NCBI GenBank assembly: GCA_035298825.1
Contig: DATGXR010000208.1
Coordinates: 22,473-86,472 of the forward strand
DNA: 64,000 bases
Origin: Bacteroidota bacterium
GTDB lineage: Bacteria; Bacteroidota; Ignavibacteria; UBA10030; UBA8401
Reading direction: 5' to 3'
Each line of letters opens with the position of its first letter. Positions within the stretch are counted from its first letter, which is position 1. Below are positions 50,749-60,199 of the stretch, piece after piece. A model generated the notes under the pieces. The model worked only from the letters and a program-made list of their open reading frames with translations. It was not told where the DNA came from and searched no databases. A program made the translations under genes and the position numbers.

Positions 50749-51597
50749 ATGAATAAACACCAGGACGCCGAATCGGCCCTCGAACGCCTTGCGATGACGC
50801 ATTATGAAAATTTTCCGGTCGCGTCGCGTTTCATTCCCCGGCGATACAGGCGGCCGATCCACCTCATCTACGCATTCGCGCGGACGGGTGACGATATCGC
50901 CGACGAATGGCCCGATCCGAAAGAGGAGCGTCTGCGCGCGCTTGAAGAATGGTTCGCCCGTCTGCAAACGGCCGTTGAGAAGAATCAGGGGACTGCATTT
51001 TTCATGGAACTCGCTTCGGTCATCCGGACGTACGGTCTCGACCTCCAATTATTCGCCGATCTCATCACGGCCTTCCGCATGGATATCTGCCATAACGGCT
51101 ACCGGACATATCATGATTTGCTGGGATATTGCCGCTACTCGGCCAACCCGGTTGGCCGTCTGATGCTTCAGGTCTTCGGCAGCGTGACGGAAGAAAATTA
51201 TGTGTTGTCGGACGCTTTCTGCACGGCGCTTCAACTTGCAAATTTCTGGCAGGATTTGTTTATTGATACAGCGCGCGGCCGGTTCTATATTCCCGACGAA
51301 GACTACGCGCGATTCGGCATAGACGGGAGCAAGCAGAGCCGGACATCAACGTCTGAGGCGTTACGCACGCTCATGAAATTCGAGGTGGAAAGAACGAGAC
51401 AATTGTTCTCGACAGCCTCGCCGCTTCCGCAACGCGTGTCCGCATCGTTGGGCTTTGAACTCAAGCTCATCTGGCACGGAGGGATGAGGATCCTCGAAAA
51501 AATTGAACGCGGCGGATATGATACGCTGGCATCGCGGCCTGCATTGGGAATGGCCGACAAGATGCTCATTGCGTATCGCGCGTGTGTGTTCGGATAA
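50749..51597 (+). CDS. hpnC: squalene/phytoene-synthase family protein, HpnC-like (hydroxysqualene synthase candidate)
   Basis: ...YENFPVASRFIPRRYRRPIHLIYAFARTGDDIADEW... and ...YCRYSANPVGRLMLQVFG...LQLANFWQDL... are trans-IPPS head-to-head motifs. Which of the two paralogues is HpnC versus HpnD is inferred from gene order only. Confidence 0.75.
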   Translation: MNKHQDAESALERLAMTHYENFPVASRFIPRRYRRPIHLIYAFARTGDDIADEWPDPKEERLRALEEWFARLQTAVEKNQGTAFFMELASVIRTYGLDLQLFADLITAFRMDICHNGYRTYHDLLGYCRYSANPVGRLMLQVFGSVTEENYVLSDAFCTALQLANFWQDLFIDTARGRFYIPDEDYARFGIDGSKQSRTSTSEALRTLMKFEVERTRQLFSTASPLPQRVSASLGFELKLIWHGGMRILEKIERGGYDTLASRPALGMADKMLIAYRACVFG

Positions 51598-51616
51598 TGC
51601 TCACCAACGGTTGGTT

Positions 51617-52474
51617 ATGGAAAATCTCGCACTCTACGACACATTCGAAAAAAACAAGCGAAGCAGCTTTTATTATTCATTCCTGCTGCTGCCCAAGCAG
51701 AAGCGTGAGGCGATCAATGTCGTGTACGCCTGGTGCCGCCTCACGGACGACATCGTCGACGAGGAACACACCATCAGCAACAAACACGCGCTGCTGCGCC
51801 AGTGGACGTACGAGTTCGAGCAGGCGATGCAGGGCGTCTCGCGCTATCCGCTCTTGAACAGACTCAGCCAGACCGTGCGCCGATTCAACATCCCGCTGAA
51901 TCCGTTTCGCGATCTGCTCATCGGCATGGAGATGGATCTCGTGAAGATGCGCTATGCGACGTTCGAGGAGCTTCGCGAATACTGCTATCGCGCCGCATCC
52001 ACAGTCGGATTGATGTGCACCGAGATTTTCGGCTACAAGCATGAAGGCGCGAAGGAATATGCGGTAAATCTCGGCATCGCGCTGCAGCTCACAAACATCC
52101 TTCGCGACGTCGCTGTCGACGCCGACAAAGGCCGCGTCTATCTTCCGCAGGAAGACCTCGTTCGATTCGATTATTCGGACGAGGACATTGCGGCCCGCCG
52201 CTACAACACGCAGTTCCGATCGCTCATGAATTTCGAATGTGAACGCGCGCGCTCCTTTTTCACCAAGGCGATCGCCTGTCTCTCTGAGGATGACAAGCCG
52301 TTGTTTCTCGCCGCACGTATCATGGAGGCGATCTACTTCCGCATTCTGCAGGATATCGAGCGCGCCGATTACAATGTGTACGAACGACGTGTGCGGTTGT
52401 CCGCATTCAAGAAGATCATGATCACCGCCGATGTCTGGTGGCATAATCCCGCTGCTCGTGCCCAACACACCTGA
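51617..52474 (+). CDS. hpnD: squalene/phytoene-synthase family protein, HpnD-like (presqualene diphosphate synthase candidate)
   Basis: ...SFYYSFLLLPKQKREAINVVYAWCRLTDDIVDE... and ...YCYRAASTVGLMCTEIFG...LQLTNILRDVAVD.... Confidence 0.75.
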   Translation: MENLALYDTFEKNKRSSFYYSFLLLPKQKREAINVVYAWCRLTDDIVDEEHTISNKHALLRQWTYEFEQAMQGVSRYPLLNRLSQTVRRFNIPLNPFRDLLIGMEMDLVKMRYATFEELREYCYRAASTVGLMCTEIFGYKHEGAKEYAVNLGIALQLTNILRDVAVDADKGRVYLPQEDLVRFDYSDEDIAARRYNTQFRSLMNFECERARSFFTKAIACLSEDDKPLFLAARIMEAIYFRILQDIERADYNVYERRVRLSAFKKIMITADVWWHNPAARAQHT

Positions 52475-53828
52475 TGCACTCGTCATCGGCGGCGGCATCG
52501 CGGGTCTCTGCGCAGCCGTCGATCTCATTGAACGAGGATGGACCGTCACGCTTGCAGAACAGAAGCCGCGCCTTGGCGGCCGCGCCTATTCGTTCATCCA
52601 TCCGGACTCGGGCGACGAAGTGGACAATGGCCAGCATCTGATGCTCGGCTGTTACCACCACACGCTCCGTCTCATCGAAACGCTCGGAACAATGGAGCAC
52701 TGTTCCATCCTCGAACCGCTCGCAATCAATTTTAAAAATGTCTCCGATACATTCGACATGCGCGCCCCTGCGCTGCCTGCGCCTCTTCACATGCTCGGCG
52801 CGCTGGCCGGACTCCGCACGCTCACACTGCGCGAACGAGTTGGACTGCTTCGCATTCTTCCATCGTTGATGAACACAACGCGGTCCGATGCGCGCTTCGC
52901 CGCGATGACGGTGAGCGACTGGCTCGATGCGACGCATCAGTCCGATGCCGCGAGGCAGCGACTCTGGAATATTCTTGCAGTCGGCATGCTCAACGAACGG
53001 CCCGATCGCGCGAGCGCCGCGTACTTCATTCGCATTTTACGGACGATCCTCTTCGGCAGCCGGCGCGACGCGTCGGTGGTGCTGCCGCGCCGCGGACTGA
53101 GCCGCATTTTCGCAGATCCCGCCGCACAATTCATCCGATCGCACAGGGGACGTGTGCTGCTGAAGACGCCGGTGTCCGATCTGCGCATCGAAAAAGGCCG
53201 GGTGGTGTCGGCGCGGGTGGGGAATGAGATGATTGAACCCCGCGTCGTGATTTCGGCCGTTCCGCACTCCGCCATCTTCCGGTGTTTCGCCGACGGCAGC
53301 CGGTCATTTCCGGAGGGACTTGTTCAGGCCGGAAGCTTCGAGGATGTTCCCATTGTCTCGATCAATCTCTGGTTCGATACGTTCTTCATGCACGAAGAGT
53401 TCACGGCGCTGCTCGATTCGCCGATCGACTGGGTGTTCAACCGGACGATGATCGCCGCACCGGATGCACGAAGGAAGGGAGGAACCGAAGGACCGATGAT
53501 GCTGTCGCTTGTTGTGAGCGCGGCCCGGCCGTTGGCGGCCCTTTCAAAACAGGCGATCATCGAAACCGCGCTTTGCGAAGTGCGAAGACAGTACCCGGGC
53601 GCGACGAATGCGCGGCTCAGACACGCGCTTGTGGTGAAGGAAAAACGGGCGACGTTTTCGCCGGTTCCCGGCATCGACCGTGTGCGGCCACCGACAGTGA
53701 CCAGCGTCGGGAATTTTTTTCTTGCGGGGGATTGGACGGACACGAAGCTGCCCGCGACAATCGAAGGCGCAGCGCAGAGCGGATACAGGGCGGCCGCGGA
53801 GGCGGACGCCTGGCTTTCATTGCGATAG
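52431..53828 (+). CDS. hpnE: FAD-dependent amine-oxidase family protein, HpnE-like (hydroxysqualene dehydroxylase candidate)
   Basis: Dinucleotide-binding DALVIGGGIAGLCAAVDLIERGWTVTLAEQKPRLGGRAYSF and a C-terminal ...FFLAGDWTDTKLPATIEGAAQSGYRAA.... Overlaps the hpnD end if the ATG at 52431 is used; a GTG at 52455 is an alternative. Confidence 0.8.
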   Translation: MSGGIIPLLVPNTPDALVIGGGIAGLCAAVDLIERGWTVTLAEQKPRLGGRAYSFIHPDSGDEVDNGQHLMLGCYHHTLRLIETLGTMEHCSILEPLAINFKNVSDTFDMRAPALPAPLHMLGALAGLRTLTLRERVGLLRILPSLMNTTRSDARFAAMTVSDWLDATHQSDAARQRLWNILAVGMLNERPDRASAAYFIRILRTILFGSRRDASVVLPRRGLSRIFADPAAQFIRSHRGRVLLKTPVSDLRIEKGRVVSARVGNEMIEPRVVISAVPHSAIFRCFADGSRSFPEGLVQAGSFEDVPIVSINLWFDTFFMHEEFTALLDSPIDWVFNRTMIAAPDARRKGGTEGPMMLSLVVSAARPLAALSKQAIIETALCEVRRQYPGATNARLRHALVVKEKRATFSPVPGIDRVRPPTVTSVGNFFLAGDWTDTKLPATIEGAAQSGYRAAAEADAWLSLR

Positions 53829-55451
53829 GGGAAGGAATAATTTGATCGCGGTACCTTTGCCCAGCTCCGATTCGATCTCGATCTTTCCGTTGTGATCGTC
53901 CATGATCTTCTTCACGATCGACATGCCCAGACCGGTTCCGTGTTTCTTTCCGTGCGTGACGAAAGGCTCGAATATTTTCCGCTTCACTTCTTCGGGCATG
54001 CCGATGCCCGTATCCGCAAATTCAATCATCAGCATCGTGCCGAGATTCTCTGTCGTGATTGTGAGCGAGCCGCCTTTCGGCATCGCGTCGGCTGCATTGA
54101 TTGCAATATTGTAGAACGCGCGCATCATCTTCTCGGGATCGATGCGTACGGGTCCGCTGTAATTCAAATGCGTGGTGAGTGTGATGTTGCGTTTCGTGAG
54201 ATCTCGTTCGATGAAGACAAGCGCACTGTCGAGCACTTCGTTGCACTCCATCTCGCGGATATTGGTGGCGTTCACGCCCCGGCTAAAGTCGAGGATCTCC
54301 TGCGTCATCGTGACAAACCGGTCGACCTGCGTGATCATTTCGTCGGCAAGCTTCGACGCCTCTTCGTTCCCTGATTTCTTCTTCATGACCTGCGCGTACA
54401 CGCGCAGTGTGCCCATCGGATTCTTAATGTCGTGGATGATCGTGCTCGCCATGCGTCCCACGGCGGTGAGCCGTTCGTTGTTCACCATTTCCTTGGCGAT
54501 GCGCGCGTTTTCAATCGCGATCGATGCGTGCATCGAAAGCGCATTGATGAATTCTTCGTCGGCCTTTGTGAACGCGGAATCTTTTTTGTTCAGCAGCTGG
54601 AAGACGCCGATCAGCTTTCCGTCCCGGTTGCGCATCGGCATGCAGAGCATGTTGTGCGTGCGATACCCGGTGCGCTTGTCTACGTCCGGATTGAAGCGCG
54701 AATCGTTGTAGGCGTCGGGAATGTTAATCGTCTCGCCGGTTTTTGCGACGTAACCGGCAAGTCCCTTGCCGATCGGCAGGCGGATCTCGACCACCTCCGC
54801 TCCATGCAGCACGGTGGACCAGATCTCGTTCTTCGATTCGTCGAGCAGATACAGCGTGCCGCGGTCGGCATTAATCGAATTGACGGCGGTGTCGAGAATG
54901 ATTTCAAGCAGGCGGTCGAGGTCAAGCGTCGAATTCACAGACTTGGTGGCCTCGATGAGCAGGTTCAGACGGTTGATGTGCTGTTTCGAAATGTCGACAG
55001 TCCGGTCGAGCTCGTGGACGATCGTCTGATCGGCGATGCGGAGACGCCGCACGATCGCCTTGAGCATGTTGAGCGCGATGATGTGATTGGTCTTCACGAG
55101 CGCGTCGAAATCCTGCTGCGACATGCCTGCAACGACCGTATGCTCGAGCGCCGTGGTGCGCGCAGAGCGCGGAAGCTCGTCGAGCAATTCCATCTCTCCG
55201 AAAAAATCGCCTTTCGACAGTGTCGCGAGCACTGTTTCGATGCCGAATCGCGTGACCTTCGAAATTTTGATCTTCCCCTCGAGAATGAGATACAGTTTCT
55301 CGCCTTTTGTGTTCTCCTGGAATATCACACTGTCGGCCGGATACGATTCTTCCTTGAAGATTTTAAGAATCGTCTGCAGAGTAGCGTCACTCAGATATTT
55401 AAAAAGGAGATTAGCTTTGAGGCTCTCGATGGTGAGCAGAGAATTTTCCAT
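53817..55451 (-). CDS. cytoplasmic sensor histidine kinase with N-terminal cyclic-nucleotide-binding (cNMP/CAP-like) domain, GAF domain, HisKA and HATPase_c
   Basis: cNMP-binding ...IFQENTKGEKLYLILEGKIKISKVTRFGIETVLATLSKGDFFGEMELL...RSARTTA..., then a GAF domain, the H-box ...ASTIIHDIKNPMG... and G-boxes ...DTGIGMP...GTGLGMSIVKKIM.... Start chosen at MENSLLT; the ORF track starts 10 codons earlier. No TM segments, and the 3' end overlaps hpnE by 12 nt (convergent). Confidence 0.8.
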   Translation of the reverse strand: MENSLLTIESLKANLLFKYLSDATLQTILKIFKEESYPADSVIFQENTKGEKLYLILEGKIKISKVTRFGIETVLATLSKGDFFGEMELLDELPRSARTTALEHTVVAGMSQQDFDALVKTNHIIALNMLKAIVRRLRIADQTIVHELDRTVDISKQHINRLNLLIEATKSVNSTLDLDRLLEIILDTAVNSINADRGTLYLLDESKNEIWSTVLHGAEVVEIRLPIGKGLAGYVAKTGETINIPDAYNDSRFNPDVDKRTGYRTHNMLCMPMRNRDGKLIGVFQLLNKKDSAFTKADEEFINALSMHASIAIENARIAKEMVNNERLTAVGRMASTIIHDIKNPMGTLRVYAQVMKKKSGNEEASKLADEMITQVDRFVTMTQEILDFSRGVNATNIREMECNEVLDSALVFIERDLTKRNITLTTHLNYSGPVRIDPEKMMRAFYNIAINAADAMPKGGSLTITTENLGTMLMIEFADTGIGMPEEVKRKIFEPFVTHGKKHGTGLGMSIVKKIMDDHNGKIEIESELGKGTAIKLFLPLSQ

Positions 55452-55539
55452 GCGCGTTACATGAGAAATGTGAAACTGCAATCAACAAATAAGGAAAAAG
55501 TTACAATATCCCTTTCTCAGAATCAAGCAGGCCGATGTG

Positions 55540-56610
55540 CTACGATGCCGGCGGGGGATCGAACAGCGTTCCCTTGTCGGATTTCGATGGCGCGATGTTA
55601 CAGTGTGCATATGCGCGCTGCGTCGCTTCGCGGCCCCGCGGCGTGCGGATAATGAAGCCTTCCTGAATCAGATACGGTTCGTACACTTCTTCGATCGTGC
55701 CGGGCTCTTCGCCGACAGCGACGGCGAGCGTGTTGACGCCCACGGGTCCGCCGTTGTACTTTTCGATGAGGGCATGGAGAATGCGTTTATCCATCTCGTC
55801 AAGACCGAATTCGTCCACCTCGAGCGCCCGAAGCGCATGCGCGGCGACTTCCTGCGTGATGACGCCCTTGTACTGTGAAAGTTTCTTGTCCGCTTCCGCA
55901 AAATCGCGGCAGCGCTTGAGCAAACGGTTGGCGATGCGAGGCGTCCCGCGCGAGCGTTTGGCGATTTCCATTGCGCCCGTGTCGTCGATCTTCACATTGA
56001 GAATCGACGCCGAGCGCATGATGATCGTGTAGAGGATATCGGGCGTGTAATAGTCGAGGCGGTTCGTCACGCCGAAACGGGCCCGAAGCGGCGCGGTGAG
56101 AAGTCCCGCCCGTGTCGTGGCGCCGACGAGCGTGAATCGGGGGAGCGAGAGCTGGATGCTTCGCGCATTCGGTCCCGAGTCGACCATGATATCGAGACGG
56201 AAATCTTCCATGGCCGAATACAGATATTCCTCGACGACGGCGTTGAGGCGATGGATCTCGTCGATGAACAGCACATCGCCCTCCTCGAGATTCGTGAGGA
56301 TGCCGGCGAGATCCCCCGGCTTATCGAGCACCGGACCCGACGTGATCTTGATGTTCGCTCCCATCTGATTGGCAATGATGTGTGAGAGCGTTGTCTTGCC
56401 GAGACCGGGAGGTCCCGTGAGCAGCACATGATCGAGTGTCTCATGCCGTTGTTGTGCCGCGGCAATGAAGATCTTCAAATTGTCGACGATCTTTTTCTGA
56501 CCATAGAATTCAGTGAACGCGCTTGGCCGCAATGCGCGATCGAATTCCGGCTCGTTGTCGGCCCGCTCGGGGATGACAATTTCTTTTTTCCGTTTCTCGG
56601 ATTTTGCCAT
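55540..56610 (-). CDS. ruvB: Holliday junction branch-migration helicase RuvB
   Basis: ...[19 protein letters not shown]...[24 protein letters not shown]...DEIHRL... (Walker A/B, sensor motifs). Confidence 0.95.
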   Translation of the reverse strand: MAKSEKRKKEIVIPERADNEPEFDRALRPSAFTEFYGQKKIVDNLKIFIAAAQQRHETLDHVLLTGPPGLGKTTLSHIIANQMGANIKITSGPVLDKPGDLAGILTNLEEGDVLFIDEIHRLNAVVEEYLYSAMEDFRLDIMVDSGPNARSIQLSLPRFTLVGATTRAGLLTAPLRARFGVTNRLDYYTPDILYTIIMRSASILNVKIDDTGAMEIAKRSRGTPRIANRLLKRCRDFAEADKKLSQYKGVITQEVAAHALRALEVDEFGLDEMDKRILHALIEKYNGGPVGVNTLAVAVGEEPGTIEEVYEPYLIQEGFIIRTPRGREATQRAYAHCNIAPSKSDKGTLFDPPPAS

Positions 56611-56650
56611 GGCATAATCTACAAAGAACCCCCGTGAAATTCAATTTCAA

Positions 56651-56679
56651 TTGACTTTCGCGCGGCAAGTCAGTATACT
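56651..56679 (+). promoter_or_regulatory. near-consensus sigma-70 promoter (TTGACT-N17-TATACT)
   Basis: TTGACT at 56651-56656, a 17-nt spacer, and TATACT at 56674-56679. It would give a ~125-nt leader for the CDS at 56806. Confidence 0.45.
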
Positions 56680-56805
56680 TTTTCACGTCCGCGATCGACG
56701 TCATGCAATCGGCTATTCTGTACGAAGCGCACACACTGAGATCGATGCAGAAATCCATGCCGAAGATGACCATCGCACTTTCACCTTTCATTTAATTCAA
56801 CCCCT

Positions 56806-57357
56806 ATGGATTCACGAAAATACCGGCTGATTGTCTGGGGACTCGGCTGTGTGTTCATGGCCTATGTCTTTGCGTTGCTTCCCGACGCATTTTACGAACC
56901 CTCGCGCGTTCCGAAATTAAACGGACCGCTCTGGCTCATTCATCTGATTTTTCTCTACATACACGAAGCCGGACATGCGATCTTCAAGCCATTCGGCAGC
57001 ACGATGTATTTTCTTGGCGGATCGATCCTTCAGGTGTTGGCGCCCGCAGTGTGGATCGCCGTGGCCGCGCGCGAACGATCGAGGTTGACTGTGCCCGCTG
57101 TCTTCTTCACCGGGTACAGCATCGTCGATGTGAGCGTTTATGTGAAGGACGCCGAATCGCGCGTGCTTCCGCTGATCGGCGGCAAGTCGACGCTGCACGA
57201 CTGGTGGACGGTGCTCTCGAGACATGATGCGCTTGACCTTGCGTTGCCGCTCGGTGAAACGATGTTCTGGGTCGGGATCCTGACATCGGCGGGTGCGATC
57301 GTATGGGCAGTCTATCTCGCCGTACGCGACTTTCAGGAAGTACCTGCGGCCGATTAA
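56806..57357 (+). CDS. small integral membrane protein with HExxH motif (putative membrane-embedded zinc metallopeptidase-like protein)
   Basis: 183 aa with 4-5 TM helices. IHEAGHAIF lies at the end of TM2, with the motif in or next to the membrane as in S2P/M50-like or DUF3267-like proteins. Confidence 0.55.
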   Translation: MDSRKYRLIVWGLGCVFMAYVFALLPDAFYEPSRVPKLNGPLWLIHLIFLYIHEAGHAIFKPFGSTMYFLGGSILQVLAPAVWIAVAARERSRLTVPAVFFTGYSIVDVSVYVKDAESRVLPLIGGKSTLHDWWTVLSRHDALDLALPLGETMFWVGILTSAGAIVWAVYLAVRDFQEVPAAD

Positions 57358-57416
57358 AGTTTTTACAGACGGCTGCCGATAATTGTTGAGACGGCAATGT
57401 AGAGTCACGAACGACG

Positions 57417-57620
57417 ATGGAGGTATCTATGGAACTGAGCGGAGTGGAAGCGTTGGCAAAGGCAGAGGTGTCGACGGAGATTGCGGTGAAAGTCGTGAAG
57501 GATCAATTGAAGGGCCAGGAGCAGATGGTGGCTGCGCTCATGCAGCCGACGCTTGTCTACGATTCGGAGGGAAGGGTGCATGCGGCTCCGCCGCATTCAT
57601 CGTTCGATGTGCGGATGTAA
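57417..57620 (+). CDS. YjfB-like small protein (putative motility-associated protein family)
   Basis: The 67-aa product ...AKAEVSTEIAVKVVKDQLKGQEQMVAALMQ...FDVRM resembles the YjfB family (...SV.KKAMD..E..G..LL.ML......LG.NIDV.V). Confidence 0.5.
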   Translation: MEVSMELSGVEALAKAEVSTEIAVKVVKDQLKGQEQMVAALMQPTLVYDSEGRVHAAPPHSSFDVRM

Positions 57621-57643
57621 TACCATACATTGCATTCATAACA

Positions 57644-57682
57644 GGCGCATTGGCACCGTGGGGGTGTCGATGCGCCTTTTTT
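57644..57682 (+). terminator. rho-independent terminator-like hairpin
   Basis: GGCGCAT...ATGCGCC arms around a 19-nt loop, followed by TTTTTT. Confidence 0.55.
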
Positions 57683-57766
57683 ATTGTGCGCCCTTTCATT
57701 TTTCGAGTCGATTTCACATATTATTTTTAATTTACTGGAATAGCCTGCAGTAAGACAGGAGCGGTA

Positions 57767-59335
57767 TTGACAATTATCGGACGGAGCCGGAAAAAGAAAG
57801 GCGCTCGCGGTACCGCCAGGCATCATTCGGGCCGCAAGCCGGAGGTGGCGCAGGAGGCCGAATGTACCGAGTTGAGGCTGAAAGTGGGGGTGCTCAGACG
57901 CGAGCTGAGGTCGGCTGAAGAAACACTGCGCGAAAGCAGAGAGGCCGCGCGGTCCCTTCTTGCGCAGATTGAGGATATGGTTTTCTTCTTCAATTTGGAA
58001 TCAAGACGGCTGACCGGGGGCAACGAGGCATTTCATAAACTGACGGGATATTCGGCCGAAGAGCTGAACGTGTATTCGGTCTACGATATCATTGTCGAGG
58101 ACCGCGCATCGATCGACGAGCGGATCCGATCCGTGGAACAACAGCGCCGCGTGAATTTTTCTGAACGCTACCTGCGATGCAAGGATGGACGGATCCTCAC
58201 CGTCGACATCAGCGCGCGCGTCTATGGAACTGAAAACCGAAAGCTCATCTGCTTTATCGCCCGCGATGTGACCGATCACACGCGGCTCGTGCAGGCGCTG
58301 AAGCGCAGCGAGGAGCTCTACAGAACGCTGTATGAAAACAACACAGCGGCGATGCTCCTCATCAATCCGCTGACCTCGACGATCATCGATGCGAATCCGA
58401 CTGCATGCGCGTTCTATGGATGGGATAAAAAAACGTTTCGGGGAAAGAGTCTCACCGATATCGTCGCGTCGCCGAATGACGAGAAACAGGGCGAGATCGC
58501 CTTTTCGATGCATGGGAGTTCGGATCATTTTTTCATGCGGCAGCGGGCGGCCAATGGCAACACGCGCGAAGTCGAGGTCTATACGAGTCCGGTCCGCCTT
58601 CGCCATACGCATCTGATGTACGCGATCATCCACGATGTGACTGAAAAGATGCGTACTGAAGAAGAGCTGAAGCAGTCGCAGGAGAATCTCCGCCGCCTCG
58701 CGCTCCACGTCGAAAGCGTGCGAGAGGAGGAACGGACACATATCGCGCGCGAAGTGCACGATGAGCTTGGTCAGGCGCTCACGGCGCTGAAGATGGACAC
58801 GAGATGGATCGAAAATTTGTACGGCGGATTGGACGCTCTCCTGAAAAACAAGACAGTCTCGATGCAGAAGCTGATCGATGCGACGGTGAAGTCGGTTCAG
58901 CGAATTTCATCGGAACTGCGGCCTGGCATGCTCGACGATCTCGGACTCGCCGCGGCGATCGAGTGGCAGACTGAGGAGTTCGAGATGAGAACGGGCGTGC
59001 ATTGTCTGCTGAGGATCGTCCCGGAAGAAATCGACGTCGAGAAGAAAACAGCAACGACCGTTTTTCGGGTGTTCCAGGAAACGCTCACGAACATTGCCCG
59101 GCATGCACAGGCGAGCGTTGTCCAGATTACGCTGCTGCGGAACGAGCGCATGCTGTCTCTCACCGTTCGCGACAACGGCAAGGGAATTTATGACACGGAG
59201 ATCAACGATCCGAAATCGATCGGCCTCATGGGCATACGCGAGCGCGTACGCAGCCATCAGGGCGTCGTGAATATCATCGGAAGGGACGGTATCGGAACGG
59301 CGATCATTGTGAAGATACCGCTCGACGATCACTGA
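57767..59335 (+). CDS. cytoplasmic PAS-PAS sensor histidine kinase of the NarL/DegS type (HisKA_3 + HATPase_c)
   Basis: HisKA_3 H-box ...RTHIAREVHDELGQALTALKMD... and a C-terminal HATPase (...LTVRDNGKGI...). Two PAS-like segments precede, and there is no TM. TTG start at 57767 with an AGGAG Shine-Dalgarno. Confidence 0.8.
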   Translation: MTIIGRSRKKKGARGTARHHSGRKPEVAQEAECTELRLKVGVLRRELRSAEETLRESREAARSLLAQIEDMVFFFNLESRRLTGGNEAFHKLTGYSAEELNVYSVYDIIVEDRASIDERIRSVEQQRRVNFSERYLRCKDGRILTVDISARVYGTENRKLICFIARDVTDHTRLVQALKRSEELYRTLYENNTAAMLLINPLTSTIIDANPTACAFYGWDKKTFRGKSLTDIVASPNDEKQGEIAFSMHGSSDHFFMRQRAANGNTREVEVYTSPVRLRHTHLMYAIIHDVTEKMRTEEELKQSQENLRRLALHVESVREEERTHIAREVHDELGQALTALKMDTRWIENLYGGLDALLKNKTVSMQKLIDATVKSVQRISSELRPGMLDDLGLAAAIEWQTEEFEMRTGVHCLLRIVPEEIDVEKKTATTVFRVFQETLTNIARHAQASVVQITLLRNERMLSLTVRDNGKGIYDTEINDPKSIGLMGIRERVRSHQGVVNIIGRDGIGTAIIVKIPLDDH

Positions 59336-59367
59336 CAATTTATTTTTTCCCGGGAACACGAAGACCT

Positions 59368-59994
59368 ATGATCAGAGTATTGCTGGCAGACGACCACAAG
59401 ATCGTTCGCGAGGGATTGCGGATGATGCTTGAACAAACCGACGATATCCGTGTGACGGATGAAGCGGCCAACGGAGACGACGCGCTTGAAAAGCTGCAGA
59501 CGAACGAATTCGATGTCGTCGTGCTCGATATTGCGATGCCCGGGCAGAACGGGATCGAGGTGTTGAAGCGCATCAAGACAGACCATCCCTCTGTGCACGT
59601 GATGATGCTCAGCACATATCCGGAAAAACAATACGCGCTGCGCGCGTTGAAAGCGGGCGCTTCGGGATATCTCACGAAGGACAGCGCCACAGAGGAGCTC
59701 ATTGTCGCGATCCGCCGCGCGGCACAAGGGCGCAAGTACCTGAGCGCGGAGATCGCCGAGAGAATCGCAGATCATTTTGATGATTCGATGAAGGCGCCTC
59801 ACGAACGGCTGTCGGACCGCGAATATGAGGTGATGGTGCAGCTGGGCAAAGGCAATTCTGTTTCAATGGTCGCCGAAATACTGTCGATTTCGGTGCCGAC
59901 AGTCAGTACATACAGGGCGCGCATCCTGCACAAACTGAATCTCGTGAGCAATTCGGAGCTCATCCACTACACGATCGAGAATCAACTCATCTAA
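59368..59994 (+). CDS. NarL/LuxR-family response regulator (REC + HTH_LuxR)
   Basis: MIRVLLADDHKIVREGL...VVVLDIAMPGQNGIEVLKRIK...LTKD... and the C-terminal ...LSDREYEVMVQLGKGNSVSMVAEILSISVPTVSTYRARILHKLNL.... Confidence 0.9.
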   Translation: MIRVLLADDHKIVREGLRMMLEQTDDIRVTDEAANGDDALEKLQTNEFDVVVLDIAMPGQNGIEVLKRIKTDHPSVHVMMLSTYPEKQYALRALKAGASGYLTKDSATEELIVAIRRAAQGRKYLSAEIAERIADHFDDSMKAPHERLSDREYEVMVQLGKGNSVSMVAEILSISVPTVSTYRARILHKLNLVSNSELIHYTIENQLI

Positions 59995-60199
59995 CGGACA
60001 ATTTAGTCCTATTAACTACGCGGTAAAGCGTAATTGTTTCAATGGCAATCCTGTCATAGGATTCGTGACAAAAAAATCATAAGACCAACGATACCGCGGA
60101 AACAACTTCCTGCCTATCTTACTGCTGCAGTCCAAACGCATCGGTTCTGCGTACGCTTCCACAGACCGCATGTTTCTGAATTTTTTTTGCAGACAGCTT

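Noticed and set aside
59995-60199. Palindrome AATCCT-gtcat-AGGATT and other short hairpins between the LuxR-type regulator and the receiver gene
   Set aside because: Short 6-bp stem without a U-run in either orientation. Insufficient to call a terminator or operator.
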